From contig JBBRYH010000010.1 in assembly GCA_038237845.1 (NCBI GenBank), positions 25,692 to 89,691 of the forward strand: a stretch of DNA of 64,000 nucleotides, given 5' to 3'. Below, one piece after another: positions 39,594 through 48,797 of this stretch. The stretch's first letter is position 1; each line of letters opens with the position of its first letter. This DNA comes from Bacteroidia bacterium (lineage in GTDB: Bacteria > Bacteroidota > Bacteroidia > Palsa-965). The notes under the pieces are model-generated. The model worked only from the letters and a program-made list of their open reading frames with translations. It was not told the origin of the DNA and did no database searches. The position numbers and the translations under genes were made by a program.

Positions 39594-40439
39594 TTATTTC
39601 ACAACTTTCATCGTCATGCGAATATCCACCACTGGACGAGCATTTTTGTCGACTTGTTGCGCAGCAATTTTGTCAATGGTTTCCATACCACTTACCACTT
39701 CACCAAAAACAGTATAATTTCCATCTAGATGAGGTGTTCCTCCTGTTGTACGATAAACTTTTCTTTGCTCTTCTGTAATTACACGATGTGGTGTTTTTTC
39801 AAATAAAGAATCAATTTTCGGATTTATAATCGTAGAGAAAAAATTCAAACTATCAGGATTTCCTTGTGTTTGATATCGCGATTGCGCCCGAATAAAAGCC
39901 GTTTTGATAGGCAGGTTTGCTGGAATTTCCATTAAACTGTTAAACAGTTTTTGTTTTACTTGTTGATCCATATTCGATTGAAGAACATTTAATACAGAAT
40001 CAGTAAAAGTGCGTCCTTGTACAATATAGAATTGACAGCTCGATGATTCTTTCTTTGGATTTACATCATCACCTTGTCTGGCAGCAGCCAAAGCTCCTTT
40101 TTTGTGAAATAATGAAGGATTAAATTCTGCAGGAATAGTGTATCCAAGTTCACCATTTCCCAACATTGTACCAGGTTTAGCCCTTTTGGAGTCCACATCA
40201 CCCCCTTGAATCATGAATTGAGCTATGACCCGATGGAATAGGGTACTATCAAGCGTTCCGTCCTTTACAAGCTTTAGAAAGTTATCACGATGCTTTGGTG
40301 TTTCATCATAAAGCACAATTTTAATATCACCTAAGTCTGTGTGTATCAATACTTTCGCTCGTTTATCGGCGGAAATATACGAGGTGAAAAAAGGAAGGGC
40401 GGCTAAAGCCAAAAAAGGAAGTAATCTTCTCGTGACCAT
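39594..40439 (-). CDS. ppiB: Cyclophilin-type peptidyl-prolyl cis-trans isomerase, secreted (start at MVTRRLLPF)
   Basis: FHRVIAQFMIQGGD, YTVFGEVVSGMETIDKIA. Confidence 0.85.
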   Translation of the reverse strand: MVTRRLLPFLALAALPFFTSYISADKRAKVLIHTDLGDIKIVLYDETPKHRDNFLKLVKDGTLDSTLFHRVIAQFMIQGGDVDSKRAKPGTMLGNGELGYTIPAEFNPSLFHKKGALAAARQGDDVNPKKESSSCQFYIVQGRTFTDSVLNVLQSNMDQQVKQKLFNSLMEIPANLPIKTAFIRAQSRYQTQGNPDSLNFFSTIINPKIDSLFEKTPHRVITEEQRKVYRTTGGTPHLDGNYTVFGEVVSGMETIDKIAAQQVDKNARPVVDIRMTMKVVK

Positions 40440-40538
40440 GTTGAAAACTTTTTTATATTTGTATAATGCAAAGATAGGCAAACATCTACTTTGCGGCAAG
40501 AAATGGGTCTTTCCCATTTAGGCAACCTCGGCAACAAA

Positions 40539-40886
40539 ATGAACAAAGTGATAAATCGTTTCTCAATCAGTGGAATCCTTATTATGGTTCTGTTTACTGT
40601 CGTCCTCAATTCTGGATGTGCAAAGGACAAGCCGTGTAAAGCAATTATTACTGTACTTGATGCAAGCAACAATCCCGTAAGTGGTGCTCAGGTTCATTTA
40701 ATTGCACCTGCCCCTTCTACAGTAGATATTGTCGTTTCAACCGATGCTTCTGGAAAAGCTAGTTTTGAAGTAAATCTTCCTCAGATTCTTGATATTTCAG
40801 TTGTAATCGGAACAACAACTTATCCTACAGGAAAAGTTGTTCGATTCGAACAAGGAAAAACTGACGAGGTAACTGTAAATATTTAA
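40539..40886 (+). CDS. Small lipoprotein with a carboxypeptidase-regulatory-like (Ig-like) beta-sandwich
   Basis: Lipobox VLNSGC. VSGAQVHLIA...TDASGKASFEV. Confidence 0.45.
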   Translation: MNKVINRFSISGILIMVLFTVVLNSGCAKDKPCKAIITVLDASNNPVSGAQVHLIAPAPSTVDIVVSTDASGKASFEVNLPQILDISVVIGTTTYPTGKVVRFEQGKTDEVTVNI

Positions 40887-40907
40887 AAGAACTTTCTCTG
40901 AAATAAT

Positions 40908-40942
40908 AAAGCCCTCACTTAACAGTGGGGGCTTTTCTTTTA
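40908..40942. terminator. Bidirectional terminator GCCCTCAC...GTGGGGGC plus T-run between convergent genes
   Basis: 8-bp stem with one mismatch. ttttctttt follows. Confidence 0.5.
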
Positions 40943-40962
40943 ATATATATATGCTTAGAAAA

Positions 40963-41307
40963 TCAAATCACTTCACCTTTTTCAAAATATTCAATAATCG
41001 TTTCCTGCATAAAACGCTGCTGTTGCCCCGGTTTTAAATTAGGAAGTTTTGAAGTTGGTTTCCAATGCGGCCATTTATCGGCGTCCAATCCTTCATATTC
41101 ATAAAAACCATAAGGTTCAAGCAAAGAACAAATAGCAACATGCATAATGTCCATTTTCTCATCCTTCTTATATTCTTTATATCCATGACCCAATTCCTGA
41201 AGTCCTATAATAAAAAGAATTGCTTGCACATCCAGATCTCCACCGAAGCGAGGTTCAAGTGCCACTAAAAGGGTTTCCCACTGTTTTTTGAAATGTTCGT
41301 CTTGCAC
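40963..41307 (-). CDS. Hypothetical protein (114 aa, GTG start). Preceded by a copy of the GC-rich upstream element.
   Basis: ORF. Element copy at 41331-41344, 24 nt upstream of the start. Confidence 0.45.
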   Translation of the reverse strand: MQDEHFKKQWETLLVALEPRFGGDLDVQAILFIIGLQELGHGYKEYKKDEKMDIMHVAICSLLEPYGFYEYEGLDADKWPHWKPTSKLPNLKPGQQQRFMQETIIEYFEKGEVI

Positions 41308-41330
41308 AGTATAAAGGTAGTGATTGGTAT

Positions 41331-41364
41331 CCGCTTAGGCGGAGTTGATTAGAGATTAGTGATT
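41331..41364 (-). repeat. Copy A of the GC-rich element (read on the minus strand as AATCACTAATCTCTAATCAACTCCGCCTAAGCGG), facing gene 40963-41307
   Basis: 21/25 identity to copy B over AATCAMCTCCGCCTARGCRGAYACC. Confidence 0.6.
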
Positions 41365-41730
41365 TGTTTGTTTTTTTAAATAGTTGATATAACCGTTTAA
41401 TAGCCGAATGCAATTTCCATATTTCATTTTTTGTTTCTGAAATTCCTCCTCTACAATGTAACCTTCATCAAGTGCAACAATCAAATGCTCAAGCGTTTCT
41501 TTTAATGACCCTGCTGACATACGAAGGAATCGGGTATTGTCCTTGAATCCGTATCTGCCATGACCTTCCGCAATGTTTGCAGTGACCGATCGTGAAGATC
41601 GCTTAATCTGTCGAATCAGCTCAAACTTTTCATGTGCAGGAAATTTTTGTGTTAAGATTGAAATCTGTATCCTGAATTCTCTACACAACTTCCAAACCTC
41701 TAATTCTTCAAAGCTATTATATTCTTTCAT
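41356..41730 (-). CDS. Four-helix-bundle protein (23S rRNA intervening-sequence protein / Avd-like family)
   Basis: FPAHEKFELIRQIKRSSRSVTANIAEGHGRY and ...TLEHLIVALDEGYI are diagnostic of TIGR02436-type 4HB proteins. Confidence 0.8.
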   Translation of the reverse strand: MKEYNSFEELEVWKLCREFRIQISILTQKFPAHEKFELIRQIKRSSRSVTANIAEGHGRYGFKDNTRFLRMSAGSLKETLEHLIVALDEGYIVEEEFQKQKMKYGNCIRLLNGYINYLKKQTNH

Positions 41731-41806
41731 ATTTATTATTTTAAAAAGGGCGGCAAAGATGTAGGAAATAATTAATTTTCCAAATTATCCCCAAAAAATT
41801 ATTTTT

Positions 41807-41841
41807 TCACTAATCACCTCCGCCTAGGCAGACACCAATCA
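41807..41841 (+). repeat. Copy B of the GC-rich element (TCACTAATCACCTCCGCCTAGGCAGACACCAATCACC), 20 nt upstream of the cvpA ATG. Forms an inverted pair with copy A around the 4HB gene.
   Basis: Reverse complement is 19/22 identical to copy A. Core contains the palindrome GCCTAGGC. Confidence 0.6.
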
Positions 41842-41851
41842 CCAATCACCA

Positions 41852-42382
41852 ATGAACGCAATCGACATCGTTATTCTAATTCCTGTCCTTTGGGGATTCT
41901 GGCGCGGATTTATGAAAGGCGCTATTATGGAGGCAGCTACACTCATCGCTTTTTTTCTTGGCGTTTGGGGTGGAATGCATTTGTCGCATGGCATGGCCGA
42001 TCTTATTCATAAATGGACCGATTCTACTTCACCCTATATACCCTTGATTTCTTTTGCGCTAGTTTTTGTTGGAATTCTTGCGGCGGTTTTTGGAGTTGCA
42101 AAACTGGTAGAGAAAATGATAGAGAAAATGGCGCTTTCTTTTATCAATAAACTTTTAGGCGGTTGTATTGGAACCATCAAATTTTTAATGATCCTGAGCG
42201 TATTGTTTTTTGTTACCGATCGATTGGAAAAAAATATTGAGATTATTCCGGTGAAGATGAAAGACAATTCATTGCTTTATCGACCTGTTGCAAAAGTAGC
42301 GCCGATGATTATTCCAGGATTAGCCTCAAGTAATTTTGGAAAGGATACTTTGAAAGTTCCACAACTCCCAATAGAAAAGTAA
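41852..42382 (+). CDS. cvpA: CvpA-family membrane protein (colicin V production protein homolog)
   Basis: MNAIDIVILIPVLWGFWRGFMKG... four TM helices, 176 aa. Confidence 0.75.
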   Translation: MNAIDIVILIPVLWGFWRGFMKGAIMEAATLIAFFLGVWGGMHLSHGMADLIHKWTDSTSPYIPLISFALVFVGILAAVFGVAKLVEKMIEKMALSFINKLLGGCIGTIKFLMILSVLFFVTDRLEKNIEIIPVKMKDNSLLYRPVAKVAPMIIPGLASSNFGKDTLKVPQLPIEK

Positions 42383-42387
42383 AAAAC

Positions 42388-42927
42388 TTATTTCCCCTTT
42401 TTCAATTTGAACGATTCCATGAATTGTCGAATTTCATGATTTTCCAATTTCATGTTTTCTGTCACCACAAGTAGCGTGTAAAGATGTTTTCCAATTGCGA
42501 ATTTTCGAATGGTAGAAATGCCACGGTTTCCTGCAATAATCACTTTGTATTCTCTTCCTACTATCTCACCACTTTTTACAACTCTTCCCGTATCTGTCAA
42601 TGTTCCGCCAATCGACCATGCATAAACTTGCACATCGGTTTCAAAAAGATCTTTCATGTTTTCTTTTACTAAGGAAATCGTATCAGGCAAAGAATACATG
42701 GAAACGGCATAATACATATTGGAGTCAAGCGAACCTGGAACAGGTTCATAAAAACTTCTTGAACCTGCATATTCTCCTTCCATTGAAACAGTATCGCGTG
42801 CTATTCCCGGAAACTGTACTGAGAATTCTGAAGTCTCATACACTTTCCAATCTCCCGCACCACAAGAAGTTAATAGCGGGATGAAAAACAGAAGAAGACC
42901 AAGTGTTTTGTAAAAAATTATTTTCAT
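42388..42927 (-). CDS. Hypothetical lipoprotein (179 aa)
   Basis: Lipobox LLTSCGA. Confidence 0.5.
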   Translation of the reverse strand: MKIIFYKTLGLLLFFIPLLTSCGAGDWKVYETSEFSVQFPGIARDTVSMEGEYAGSRSFYEPVPGSLDSNMYYAVSMYSLPDTISLVKENMKDLFETDVQVYAWSIGGTLTDTGRVVKSGEIVGREYKVIIAGNRGISTIRKFAIGKHLYTLLVVTENMKLENHEIRQFMESFKLKKGK

Positions 42928-42943
42928 TATTCTTTATTTCTAG

Positions 42944-44137
42944 CTACTGATTTATTGCTTCAATGCCTGGTAAAGTTCCGGCTTCAATATATTCCAATAA
43001 AGCACCACCGCCTGTTGAAACGTAACTTACTTTTTCAGACAAATTATATTTATTAATTGCGGCTACTGAATCACCACCGCCAATTAATGAGAAAGCTCCT
43101 TTAGCGGTTGCAGCTACAATAGCATCCGCAACTGATTTTGTTCCGCTTGCAAAATTCTCCATTTCAAAAACCCCCATCGGACCATTCCACAAAATTGTTT
43201 TTGAATTTGAAATTACTTCTGCATAAATCTTTTCTGTTACAGGTCCAATATCCAATCCCATCCATCCATCTGGAATTGATTTCACATCGCAAGTCTGAAT
43301 ATTCGCATCATTTGAAAAATTATCTGCACAAACAGCATCAACAGGAATATAAATATTGACACCACGCTTTTTTGCAATTTCTAAAATGTTCAACGCATTC
43401 GGAATTCGATCTTCTTCTACCAATGATTTTCCGACTTTGCCACCTTGCGCTTTCACAAAAGTAAATGCCATTCCTCCACCGATAATTATGTTGTCCGCTT
43501 TATTTATAAGCTGTTCAAGTATTAAAATTTTATCCGAAACTTTCGCACCACCCATAATTGCAGTGAATGGTTTTGTCGCTCCATGTAAAACTTTTTCTAC
43601 ACTCGAAAGTTCTCCCGACATCACAAATCCAAAACATTTATTTGCCGGAAAAAATTTAGCAATTACAGCGGTAGAAGCATGTGCACGATGAGCGGTTCCA
43701 AATGCATCATTCACATAAAAGTCACCAAGTGTTGAAAGCTGCTTTGCAAATGTTTCATCGCCCTTTTCTTCTTGCTTGTGAAAGCGAAGATTCTCCAACA
43801 ATAAAACCTCACCAGCTTTTAAATTATTCGAAGCAATGGTTGCCGGACCGCCGATACAATCACTTGAAAAATGAACAGTTATTCCTCCCAGTAATTCTGA
43901 AAGGTGATTCACTAAATGTTTTAAAGAATATTTTTCTTCCGGACCTTCTTTGGGTCGACCTAAGTGCGACATGAGAATACAGGATCCACCATCACCAAGA
44001 ATTTTTTTAATTGTTGGAATCGCAGCACGCATACGTGTATCATCTGCAATGTGAAACGATTTATCAAGAGGAACATTAAAGTCCACACGAATTAATACTT
44101 TTTTACCTGCGAAATTAAAATCGGCAACTGTTTTCAT
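42944..44137 (-). CDS. pgk: Phosphoglycerate kinase
   Basis: [14 protein letters not shown], 397 aa, Gly-rich nucleotide-binding loops. Confidence 0.95.
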   Translation of the reverse strand: MKTVADFNFAGKKVLIRVDFNVPLDKSFHIADDTRMRAAIPTIKKILGDGGSCILMSHLGRPKEGPEEKYSLKHLVNHLSELLGGITVHFSSDCIGGPATIASNNLKAGEVLLLENLRFHKQEEKGDETFAKQLSTLGDFYVNDAFGTAHRAHASTAVIAKFFPANKCFGFVMSGELSSVEKVLHGATKPFTAIMGGAKVSDKILILEQLINKADNIIIGGGMAFTFVKAQGGKVGKSLVEEDRIPNALNILEIAKKRGVNIYIPVDAVCADNFSNDANIQTCDVKSIPDGWMGLDIGPVTEKIYAEVISNSKTILWNGPMGVFEMENFASGTKSVADAIVAATAKGAFSLIGGGDSVAAINKYNLSEKVSYVSTGGGALLEYIEAGTLPGIEAINQ

Positions 44138-44293
44138 TTTGAAAGACTGGAAGTGAATAGTGGAGGCAAAAATACGGTTTTGAAGTCTGAAAAGTGAAAC
44201 GAAAGAAGTAGAAATTCAGAAAAAATTTACAAAAATGCGATCCTGGAAATAAAAATAAGAGACTGATAGGCAAGGAGATGTAATAAATAATAT

Positions 44294-44309
44294 TTAGACA
44301 TTTGTCTAA
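44294..44309. promoter_or_regulatory. Perfect inverted repeat TTAGACA-tt-TGTCTAA, 30 nt upstream of the sdpR-like gene. Candidate operator overlapping the promoter; a TAtcTTTG -7-like box lies at 44320-44327.
   Basis: Read directly. ArsR/SdpR autorepressors bind such dyads. Confidence 0.55.
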
Positions 44310-44338
44310 TTATACAATTATATTATATCTTTGACCCA

Positions 44339-44623
44339 ATGAACGCATTATTTAAAGCTTTAGACGATCCGACGAGACGCCAGATTCTGGAACTGCTCAG
44401 AGAAAAAGATAGGACTGCAGGGGATATTGCAGATGCTTTCACAATTAGCAAACCAAGCATCTCACACCATCTCGATTTATTACGTCAAGCGAATCTTGTG
44501 ATTTCGATTAAGGAAGGCCAATTCGTCCGCTATTCTTTAAATACAACCGTTTTTGATGAACTGATCGGATGGGTTATGAATTTATCAGATAAGAAAAACA
44601 CAAAACGAAAAAATAAAAAGTAA
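44339..44623 (+). CDS. sdpR: ArsR/SmtB-family winged-helix autorepressor, SdpR-like
   Basis: LDDPTRRQILELL...AGDIADAFTISKPSISHHLDLLRQANLV. 1-nt overlap (TAATG) with the downstream SdpI-like gene. Confidence 0.8.
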   Translation: MNALFKALDDPTRRQILELLREKDRTAGDIADAFTISKPSISHHLDLLRQANLVISIKEGQFVRYSLNTTVFDELIGWVMNLSDKKNTKRKNKK

Positions 44624-45291
44624 TGAAAACAAAAGACTTTATTAAACGAGAATGGTCGATGTGGTTGTTGATTTTAATTCCAACCGTTTTTGCAATAATC
44701 AACTGGAATAATTTTCCTGATAAAATTCCTACCCATTGGGATATTAATGGAGACGTAAATGATTACGGTGGAAAATGGGCGGTCTTCCTTGGACCAATGA
44801 TCGGAACGGCAATGTATTTTCTGATGATCGTTCTGCCGAAAATAGATCCGCGCAAAAAAAATTATGATTTGTTTAGCGGCGCATATTGGATGATCAGAAT
44901 TGGAATAATTCTTTTAATGTCCATTATCGGAATTGTAACTGAACTGGTTTCGCTGGGCTATAAATTGGATGTGGGCATGATCGTTCAATTGGCGGTACTT
45001 GGCCTTTTCCTTTTAATCGGAAATCAAATGGGAAGAATCCGTCCGAATTATTTTGTTGGAATCAGAACTCCTTGGACCATTGACAATGAAGAAGTGTGGA
45101 CCAAAACACATCGTTTGGCGGGAAGAATTTGGGTCGGAACATGTTTGGTTTTAATGCTTGTTTTGTTTTTTATTCCGGTAAAAATATTTGCAATAATTTT
45201 CTTTGTTTCAATTATTACGATGTCTGTTATTCCGTTGGTCTATTCCTATTTGTTGTACAAAAAAATAAAAGCGCAACATACTTCAAATTAA
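44623..45291 (+). CDS. sdpI: SdpI/YhfL-family membrane immunity protein (DUF1648 + SdpI domains)
   Basis: IRPNYFVGIRTPWTIDNEEVWTKTHRLAGRIWV is the SdpI signature. Six TM helices. Confidence 0.75.
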   Translation: MKTKDFIKREWSMWLLILIPTVFAIINWNNFPDKIPTHWDINGDVNDYGGKWAVFLGPMIGTAMYFLMIVLPKIDPRKKNYDLFSGAYWMIRIGIILLMSIIGIVTELVSLGYKLDVGMIVQLAVLGLFLLIGNQMGRIRPNYFVGIRTPWTIDNEEVWTKTHRLAGRIWVGTCLVLMLVLFFIPVKIFAIIFFVSIITMSVIPLVYSYLLYKKIKAQHTSN

Positions 45292-45323
45292 TAGTTCACT
45301 AGAGGGTTATTGCCACAAAGACA

Positions 45324-45339
45324 CTCCGCCGCGGCGGAG
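45324..45339. repeat. Perfect 16-bp GC palindrome CTCCGCCGCGGCGGAG, flanked by direct CACAAAG repeats. Shares the TCCGCC core with the GC-rich element.
   Basis: Read directly. Unusual in an AT-rich intergenic region. Confidence 0.6.
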
Positions 45340-45442
45340 GCACAAAGAAAGGGAGACTCTTTAGAAAATACCATAGCCCAATAACATGAATCTAAGAGTT
45401 GACTAATCACCAAAACTAATCATCAATCACTATCTTTATAAT

Positions 45443-46579
45443 ATGCTTTTCCGCAATATAATTGGCCAATCAGAAATAAAACATCGCTTGATTTCAAGTG
45501 TGGCTTCTAATCGTATTTCACATGCTCAATTAATTTTCGGGCCTGAAGGTTGTGGTTCTTTACCGATTGCAGTTGCTTATGCAAGATTTATTCATTGTAC
45601 GAATCGTGGAGAAAATGATTCTTGTGACGAATGCCCTTCTTGTCAGAAATACAATAAACTTGTTCATCCCGATTTGCATTTTGCATTTCCGATAAAAAGT
45701 ATGAAAGACACTCCTGTAAGTGATTCTTTTATTGCTGAATGGAGAGATGCATTTCTTGACAATCCCTATTTAAGTATTGACGAGTGGACCGAAAAAATTG
45801 AAGCGGATAACAAACAATTAATTATTCCTGAAAAAGAAAGCGGAGAAATTTTAAGAAAATTAAATCTCACCACCTTCGAAGCGGAATATAAAATCATGAT
45901 CATCTGGATGCCGGAGAAAATGAATCTTACCTCCGCGAATAAATTATTGAAAATTCTGGAAGAGCCACCTGCAAAAACTTTATTTCTGCTCGTAACCGAA
46001 AGTGAAGATCAACTGTTGCGCACGATAGTTTCTCGAACACAATTAGTTCGTATGCGTAAAATTTCGGATGAAGAATTGCGTGATGCATTGGTTTCCCGAC
46101 ATGAACTTGCAGTAGCCGACGCAGAAAAAATTGCTTTTCAAGCAGATGGAAATTATGCTTTTGCAAGATCATTACTCAGTCGCACGGAACAAGCGGCTTA
46201 CAATCTTGCCACTTTCCAAAAATTAATGCGCTCGAGTTTAAAATTCGATCCTGCAAAAGTTTTGTCTGTTGTGGATGACTTAGCAGGAATTGGACGTGAA
46301 CGACAAAAACAATTTTTCAGTTATTCTCTTGACCTTGTCCGCGAATGTTTTCTTTTAGGCTACGCCGATCAGTCGATGGTGCGTATGGCCGGAGAAGAAT
46401 TGGAATTCATAACCAAGTTTTCAAAGTTCATTCACGCAGCAAACGGCGAAAAATTAATTGAGGAATTTAACCTCGCCATGAAACATATTGAAAGGAATGG
46501 CTCACCAAAAATCATTTTGTTGGATCTAGCTTTTAAGATTAATGAGCTGATTAATGTGCCGAGGCCTGTGATGAGTTAG
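45443..46579 (+). CDS. holB: DNA polymerase III subunit delta prime
   Basis: GPEGCGSLPIAVAYARFIHC...CDECPSCQKYNKLVHPDLHF, AAA+ clamp-loader, 378 aa. Confidence 0.85.
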   Translation: MLFRNIIGQSEIKHRLISSVASNRISHAQLIFGPEGCGSLPIAVAYARFIHCTNRGENDSCDECPSCQKYNKLVHPDLHFAFPIKSMKDTPVSDSFIAEWRDAFLDNPYLSIDEWTEKIEADNKQLIIPEKESGEILRKLNLTTFEAEYKIMIIWMPEKMNLTSANKLLKILEEPPAKTLFLLVTESEDQLLRTIVSRTQLVRMRKISDEELRDALVSRHELAVADAEKIAFQADGNYAFARSLLSRTEQAAYNLATFQKLMRSSLKFDPAKVLSVVDDLAGIGRERQKQFFSYSLDLVRECFLLGYADQSMVRMAGEELEFITKFSKFIHAANGEKLIEEFNLAMKHIERNGSPKIILLDLAFKINELINVPRPVMS

Positions 46580-46856
46580 AAACATCCACATCATTGAATT
46601 TCCTCAAAGGGTTAGCTAAACCCCGAATTATTAACATATCCCTGTGTAAATCAGGATTTTGGACATTGTAATCCCAGTCCTAAAAACCCGTATTTTTGTT
46701 ATTGCTCGGAACACCCTGATTTTTAAGGATATCGCCGGGCGAATTCACTAAACGATTCATTTCGTAGTTAATAGTTCGGAGATGTTGGTTCGGAGAAATC
46801 CAGAGAACTAATTTTATCTCCAAACGAAGAACTCCGAACAAAGAACTTATATATAA

Positions 46857-48281
46857 ATGGGATGTGGTAGTTGTTCGACTAACGGCCGAGGCTGTAGTAC
46901 AGAAGTAAATGGTGTCCCTGGCGGATGCAAAAGCAATGGTTCCTGCGGTTCAGGAGGTTGTAACAAACTCAATGTTTTCGATTGGTTAGCCAATATGGAA
47001 TTACCAAACGGACAAAAACCTTTTGATTTGGTTGAAGTCCGTTTTAAAAACTCAAGAAAAGAATTTTTCAGAAACGTGAACGATCTTCCCCTTCAAATGG
47101 GAGAAGTAATTGCTGTGGAAGGTTCTCCTGGGCATGATATAGGAACCGTTTCCTTAACAGGAGAATTGGTAAAAACCCAACTCATTCGCAAAAACGTTAA
47201 AGCGGAAGATCCTGCCATCAAAAAAGTATATCGTAAAGTGCGTTCGTTGGATGTTGAAAAATGGTTGGAAGCACAAGGACTGGAGCAAGACACGATGATG
47301 CGTTCACGAAAAATTGCATCGGATATGGGCTTGCGCATGAAAATTTCCGATGTAGAATATCAAGGAGATAAAACAAAAGCAATATTTTTTTACACCGCAG
47401 AAGAGCGAGTTGATTTCCGTGAATTAATTAAAGTGCTTGCTGAACAATTCAAAGTAAGAATTGAAATGCGTCAGATCGGTTCTCGTCAGGAAGCTGCACG
47501 TTTAGGCGGAATAGGTTCTTGTGGTCGTGAGCTTTGTTGTTCAACATGGCTTTCAGATTTCCGTTCAGTTACAACTGGCGCCGCACGTTATCAGCAACTT
47601 TCCTTGAATCCATTAAAGCTTGCTGGGCAATGCGGAAAATTAAAATGTTGTTTGAATTATGAATTGGATGCGTATCTCGATGCGTTAAAAGAATTTCCAG
47701 AACCACAAGATGTAGAAACTGTTCGAGGGAAAGCACGCCATCAGAAAACAGATATTTTTAAAGGAGTTATGTTTTTCACTTTTGCAGATGAACCAGATCA
47801 GTTTCTTCCTGTACCTGCTCGTCGCGTGAAAGAAATTATTGAAATGAATAAGCGCGGTGAAAAACCGGATGAGTTAGGTGTTCTTAAAACACAAAAAGAA
47901 ATTGAAGCAGTAGATGAACCCGATTTTGAAAATGTTGTTGGACAGGATTCATTGACGCGTTTTGATCAGGCAAAACGCAGCAAGAAAAAGAAGAAGAAAA
48001 AAGGGCCTGCCGGAGAAAATTCAAATCCGAACGCACAACAAACAGGAACTCAACAACGTTCTCCTCAACAGAGACCACAAGGACAAAATCCGCAAGGACC
48101 GAACGCGAATCCAAATCAGAATCGCCCACGTCCAAATCCGAATCAACAAAATAAACCGGCGAATCCGAATCAAAAACCGAATCCAAATCAAAACAGGAAT
48201 CGACCGCCACACAGAAAAGATAACAGTGGACCGCCAGCACCACAAGCACCACCGCACAATACACCGCCACCAACTGTTTAG
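46857..48281 (+). CDS. ricT: PSP1 C-terminal-domain protein (RicT/YaaT-like) with a Cys-rich N-terminus and a long Q/P/N-rich C-terminal tail
   Basis: FDLVEVRFKNSRKEFFRN...GEVIAVEGSPGHDIGTV is the PSP1 domain. holB-yaaT synteny as in Bacillus. N-terminus MGCGSCSTNGRGCST...GGCKSNGSCGSGGC. Confidence 0.8.
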   Translation: MGCGSCSTNGRGCSTEVNGVPGGCKSNGSCGSGGCNKLNVFDWLANMELPNGQKPFDLVEVRFKNSRKEFFRNVNDLPLQMGEVIAVEGSPGHDIGTVSLTGELVKTQLIRKNVKAEDPAIKKVYRKVRSLDVEKWLEAQGLEQDTMMRSRKIASDMGLRMKISDVEYQGDKTKAIFFYTAEERVDFRELIKVLAEQFKVRIEMRQIGSRQEAARLGGIGSCGRELCCSTWLSDFRSVTTGAARYQQLSLNPLKLAGQCGKLKCCLNYELDAYLDALKEFPEPQDVETVRGKARHQKTDIFKGVMFFTFADEPDQFLPVPARRVKEIIEMNKRGEKPDELGVLKTQKEIEAVDEPDFENVVGQDSLTRFDQAKRSKKKKKKKGPAGENSNPNAQQTGTQQRSPQQRPQGQNPQGPNANPNQNRPRPNPNQQNKPANPNQKPNPNQNRNRPPHRKDNSGPPAPQAPPHNTPPPTV

Positions 48282-48282
48282 T

Positions 48283-48759
48283 ATGTACAGGTTTCTCATT
48301 TTTGTTGGATTGATTTTTTCATTGGTAAATTTTTCATCATGCGATAAAAATCGTTTGTATGATGAAAATCGTGATGTGAAAGATGGTGTTTGGGATATTA
48401 AACAACAATTGGTTTTTGATTTTGATGTTCCCGATTCGGTAACGAAATACAATTTCTATTTCAACATTCGCAATACCGATGATTATCCTTACAGCAACAT
48501 TTATGTTTTTTTCAAAACAACTTTTCCTAATGGAAAAACCGGAATTGACACCGTTGAATTTCCACTAGCAGATGAAAATGGAAGATGGTATGGAAAAGGA
48601 CAAGGAGATGTACATGATTGTCGCTTAGTTTTCCGACAGGGCGTTCGTTTTCCATTAGCAGGAAAATATCACATGGAAATTCAACAAGCCATGCGAATGG
48701 AACAATTGCCCGGTGTCATTAATGCAGGAGTCCGCATCGAAGAAGCAGAGAAAAAGTAG
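48283..48759 (+). CDS. gldH: Gliding motility lipoprotein GldH
   Basis: MYRFLIFVGLIFSLVNFSSCDKNRLYDENRDV...YPYSNIYVFF, 158 aa, lipobox FSSC. ATG lies 2 nt after the ricT-like stop. The listed 265-aa ORF is an alternate-frame artefact upstream of 48283. Confidence 0.8.
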   Translation: MYRFLIFVGLIFSLVNFSSCDKNRLYDENRDVKDGVWDIKQQLVFDFDVPDSVTKYNFYFNIRNTDDYPYSNIYVFFKTTFPNGKTGIDTVEFPLADENGRWYGKGQGDVHDCRLVFRQGVRFPLAGKYHMEIQQAMRMEQLPGVINAGVRIEEAEKK

Positions 48760-48797
48760 TCGGAATTGCACTTCCTTTTACTTAACTTTGAGTTAAC

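Noticed and set aside
41356-41730. Possibility that the Avd-like 4HB gene marks a diversity-generating retroelement
   Set aside because: No reverse transcriptase, template/variable repeat pair or target gene within the window.
30982-45318. Shared 13-mer GGTTATTGCCACA at 30982 and 45306
   Set aside because: A handful of exact 13-mer repeats is expected by chance in 64 kb of AT-biased sequence. No extended similarity.
47962-48282. N-terminal 107 aa of the listed 265-aa ORF
   Set aside because: Alternate frame of the Q/P/N-rich ricT tail. The real gene (gldH) starts at the ATG at 48283.
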